Notes under the pieces: model-generated
Database searches by the model: none
Told to the model about the DNA's origin: nothing
The model's input: the letters and a program-made list of their open reading frames with translations, nothing else
Translations under genes and position numbers: made by a program
Assembly (NCBI GenBank): GCA_949358305.1
Contig: OX442314.1
Location: forward strand, 32,984,001-33,048,000
Length of the DNA: 64,000 nucleotides
DNA from: Strigamia acuminata
Lineage: Eukaryota
Direction: 5' to 3'
In this document: one piece after another, positions 60,718 through 64,000 of the stretch
Layout: each line of letters starts with the position of its first letter
Numbering within the stretch: the first letter of the stretch is position 1

Positions 60718-61623
60718 TAAGCTTGTAATCGGATCGGATCGGATGCGGTTTCAGGTAAATCTGCATCCGATCCGAAATTAGTGCGGATCGAGAAATGCAG
60801 ATCCGCATCCGAACCGCATGCCCAGGTCGGCATACCCGCATCCGATCCGCATCCGATCCGCCATCAATCCGCGGATTGCGGATCAATTGCGGATCAATTT
60901 TTTTTTTTTTTTTTTTTTAATTATTATTTTTTTCCCCTAATTTCGGCGCAAACAACACACAGACACAACTCCCTGCTTGAACAATTAAATTCCCCATTCA
61001 AAATTACTTAAAATCGAAAAAATAAACAAAAAAAAGCCCAACCGGCGCACGCAGCCAGCGATGAATAAACGATCGAAAAAGACCGAAACCGAACCGGGCG
61101 ACTAAACACCCGCCTTTTTCTTGTTCTCCCGTCACCATTACAAACCTGTATGTCTTCGCCGGTGCTGTTGGGTGGGAAGAGTCGGAGAAACAGGTCGCGC
61201 TTGCGACCTCGGGCGTCAGGCGACGATCGACGATCGACAGCGTAGGCCCTACGTAGGCCCTACGCCTTACGCCCTACGATTAGCCAGACCCGCTGAAAAG
61301 GTGTACAGGGGTGTGGTCGTGATCGGTGGACGAGAAAAAGGCAGGTGTTTAGGCCTTTTTGATTGTTTGTTAGTCGCTGCGTGCGCCGGTTGGCCTTTTT
61401 TTTGTTTATTTTCTCGTTTTTAACAAAATAAAAAAAATTTGCGGATTGTTCGAATCAATCCGCGGATTTGGCCAATCCGATCCGCGGATTGGTTGCGCGG
61501 ATTAGCCACCCGTCCGATCCGCAAGCGAATCCGCAGGCGGATCATTTAAAAGAATCCGCATCCGCATCCGAACCGACCCGATCCGCGGATGTGCGGATCC
61601 TATCCGATCCGATTACAAGCTTA
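60718..61623. mobile_element. hAT-like MITE in RT
   Basis: TIR TAAGCTTGTAATCGGATCGGAT; 8-bp TSD GTTTTGGA; many subterminal ATCCG motifs. Confidence 0.92.
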
Positions 61624-64000
61624 GTTTTGGAGCCCTTTGGGTCGATTACAATTTCGAGTCATGCCCTTTGGTCTCGTAAATGCGCCGTCAACTTTCCAAA
61701 AGTTGATAGAAAAAATTTTGGGGGATGCCTATCGAAAATTCGCATGGGCATACCTCGATGATATAATTATAATATCTAAAAATTTTGAAGAACACATGAT
61801 TCATCTGGAAGAAATTCTGAGTAAACTTGAAAATGCGAATCTTCATGTTCATCCAGAAAAATCAAAATTTGGTAGAAAAGAACTAACTTTTCTTGGCTAC
61901 AAGTTAAGTGTTCAAGGAGTTAGTGTCGACCCTAAAAAAGTCGCCGCCATTAAAGAAATGCCAGCTCCTTCAAATTTGAAAGAGTTGCAAAGATTTTTGG
62001 GAATGGTGAACTTTTTTCACCGATTACTCAAGAATCTAGCAGTCATGACAGAACCTCTACGTCCTTTACTCAAAAAGGATGTGGAATTTATTTGGTCAGA
62101 AATTCACCAAGAAGCTTTTGATCAAATAAAAGATGCTTTAACGAACGCAGAAACAATGGCCATGCCTGATTTGACAGAACCATTCATTGTGCATACTGAC
62201 GCTAGTCGAAAAGGATTAGGCGCCGCGCTTATGCAAATGAGAGAAATCGATGATCAAAATATCGAAGTGCCTTGTGTTTATGCCAGCAGAAGTTTGCAAC
62301 CTGCTGAGATAAATTACAGCGCCACAGAATTGGAGTGCCTAGCGGTAATCTGGGCATTACGTAAATTTCGACATTATTTGGAATTTACCACATTTATAGT
62401 AAGGACTGACCATCAAGCATTAAAATGGTTGATGCAGTTAGACGAACCTGCCGGAAGGCTAGCACGTTGGCAAATGGAGCTGATGCGCTATTCTTTCGAA
62501 ATACAATATATTAAAGGTCCACTAAATGTTTTAGCGGATACTTTATCCAGATCACCGATTGACAAACCGGAAAATCCTGAAGATGATGGAGATAATGATG
62601 AATTATTATCTTACTGTCCATCACCGCAACGAAATTGGAAAATGGGAAAATTTCATGAGCTTCCTGTATCCGCACTAGAGGAAAAGGAAGATCACGAATT
62701 CATCAACTATTGGACTAAAATTTATGACCCCTCTGAGGAATCAGATGACGTCATAAGAGCGCAAATTTCAAGGAAATTTCAAATTCCTTCGTCAAATGTC
62801 TTAATAAAAGCATTTGTCGCCAAAATTGTAGAGCGTCTTGATTGTGAACCTCCCACAAGGAAAGACATAATTAAGGCCCAAAAAGAAGATAAAGTGTGCC
62901 AATTGATGCGTAATTTTTTAAATTGTAATCAATTTCCGCCTGACGTCACAACGCGACTCCAGAGGAAACAATATAGAAAACACGCAACCACCTTCTTAAT
63001 TGAAGATGACTTATTAATGCAATTTCATCCCACAATGTCTGATGAATTGGGGGAGGATGGGAGAGCACTCAAAGTTTTTGTACCTCAGACATTGAAGTAT
63101 AAAATTATTTGGCTAATGCATGGCCACCCACTTTCTGGCCACCCAGGAATTGCAAGGACTCTTTATCGAGCACGCCGAATTTATACCTGGAAAGGCATGA
63201 AATCGGACATTACGAGATTCATTCGACATTGCGAGCGTTGTCAAGCTTGCAAACCTCGAACGAAAGGACAAATTGAAGCAGCGCAAATGGGTCCTTACAG
63301 CCCATTTGACTGCCTAAGTGTTGATTTGACCGGCCCGAAACCTCGGACGCGCAAAAACAACACACATATTTTAGTCATACTTGACGTGGCAACTCATTGG
63401 CCAGAATTATATCCAATGTGTAACCCCACTGCAGGAAAAGTAGCAAATTGCATTTATCACCTTTCCATGAGCATGGGATTCCCTCAAAAAATTATTTCTG
63501 ATAACGGCCCGCAATTTCGTGCCCAAGTCTTTAAAAAATTTTGTGAAAAGTTCAAGATGGTTCCAACACCAACTTCAACGTATCACCCACAGGCTAACCC
63601 GGTTGAAAGGGTTAACCGTGACATCAAATATCTTGTTGCAATTTATTCATCTGTTCATTCCAAATGGGACGAATATTTGCGTGAATTTGCATTTAGTTTG
63701 AGAACTACGGTGACGAGAGGAAGAGACTTCTCTCCCGCATTTCTTAACTTTTTTCGCGAACTCAGAGTACCTTGGGATCCAAGAATACCTGAAGGAATTT
63801 TGGTCGTAGATCCAAAAAACCCACATTTATACGTGCAAAAATTAGAAGCCGTTATCGCCGAAACATATCAGCACATGATGTCACATGTGTTAGATTTGCG
63901 TAGACGAGTGAATCTTAAAAAAAAAGGTGAGAAGTTCTCCAATTTTAAATTAAACGATTTAGTTTGGAGAGATTCTCATGTTTTGTCGAGCGCTGCCCGC

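Larger units (their letters stand above)
45779..64000 (+). mobile_element. Ty3/Gypsy LTR retrotransposon; 5' LTR interrupted; runs off window
   Basis: LTR end at 56274, PBS, gag, PR-RT-RH-IN; GAGCTTGCTC motifs continue across the insert; left boundary (TGTGGTGACC) is tentative. Confidence 0.85.
59250..64000 (+). pseudogene. pol: Gypsy pol, interrupted by a MITE, 3'-incomplete
   Basis: MLDSGA, LCIDFR, IDLSKGYWQ, MPFGL, YLDD, HTDAS, H..H..C..C, ISDNG; frame restored when MITE and one TSD are removed. Confidence 0.92.

Overview
Animal genomic DNA, most likely arthropod given the (TTAGG)n tracts, metazoan-type TFIIB/TBP and metazoan tRNA primer sites. It is very repeat-rich and has no prokaryotic features. 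Left part (1-26 kb): duplicated, MITE-riddled blocks holding a Fic-domain ORF, YqaJ-exonuclease and SR-protein RRM relics, and a linked set of divergent basal transcription factor paralogs. These are an intact intronless TBP-like gene, three TFIIB-core-like copies with no Zn-ribbon (one apparently spliced in frame to a novel ~314-aa N-terminal exon) and a convergent FAM228-like ORF. This cassette is present twice (~8.9-17.3 kb and ~21.8-25.2 kb). Right part (26-64 kb): nested LTR retrotransposons. A Copia element carries an MBD-like domain between integrase and RT. A Gypsy element has a -1 frameshift signal. Two very young 9.4-kb copies of a gag/pol-less LTR element (1.9-kb LTRs, duplicated tRNA-Gln PBS, one orphan ~493-aa ORF) sit one inside each autonomous element. 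All calls come from reading the sequence by eye; no searches were run, and boundaries without a TSD are approximate.
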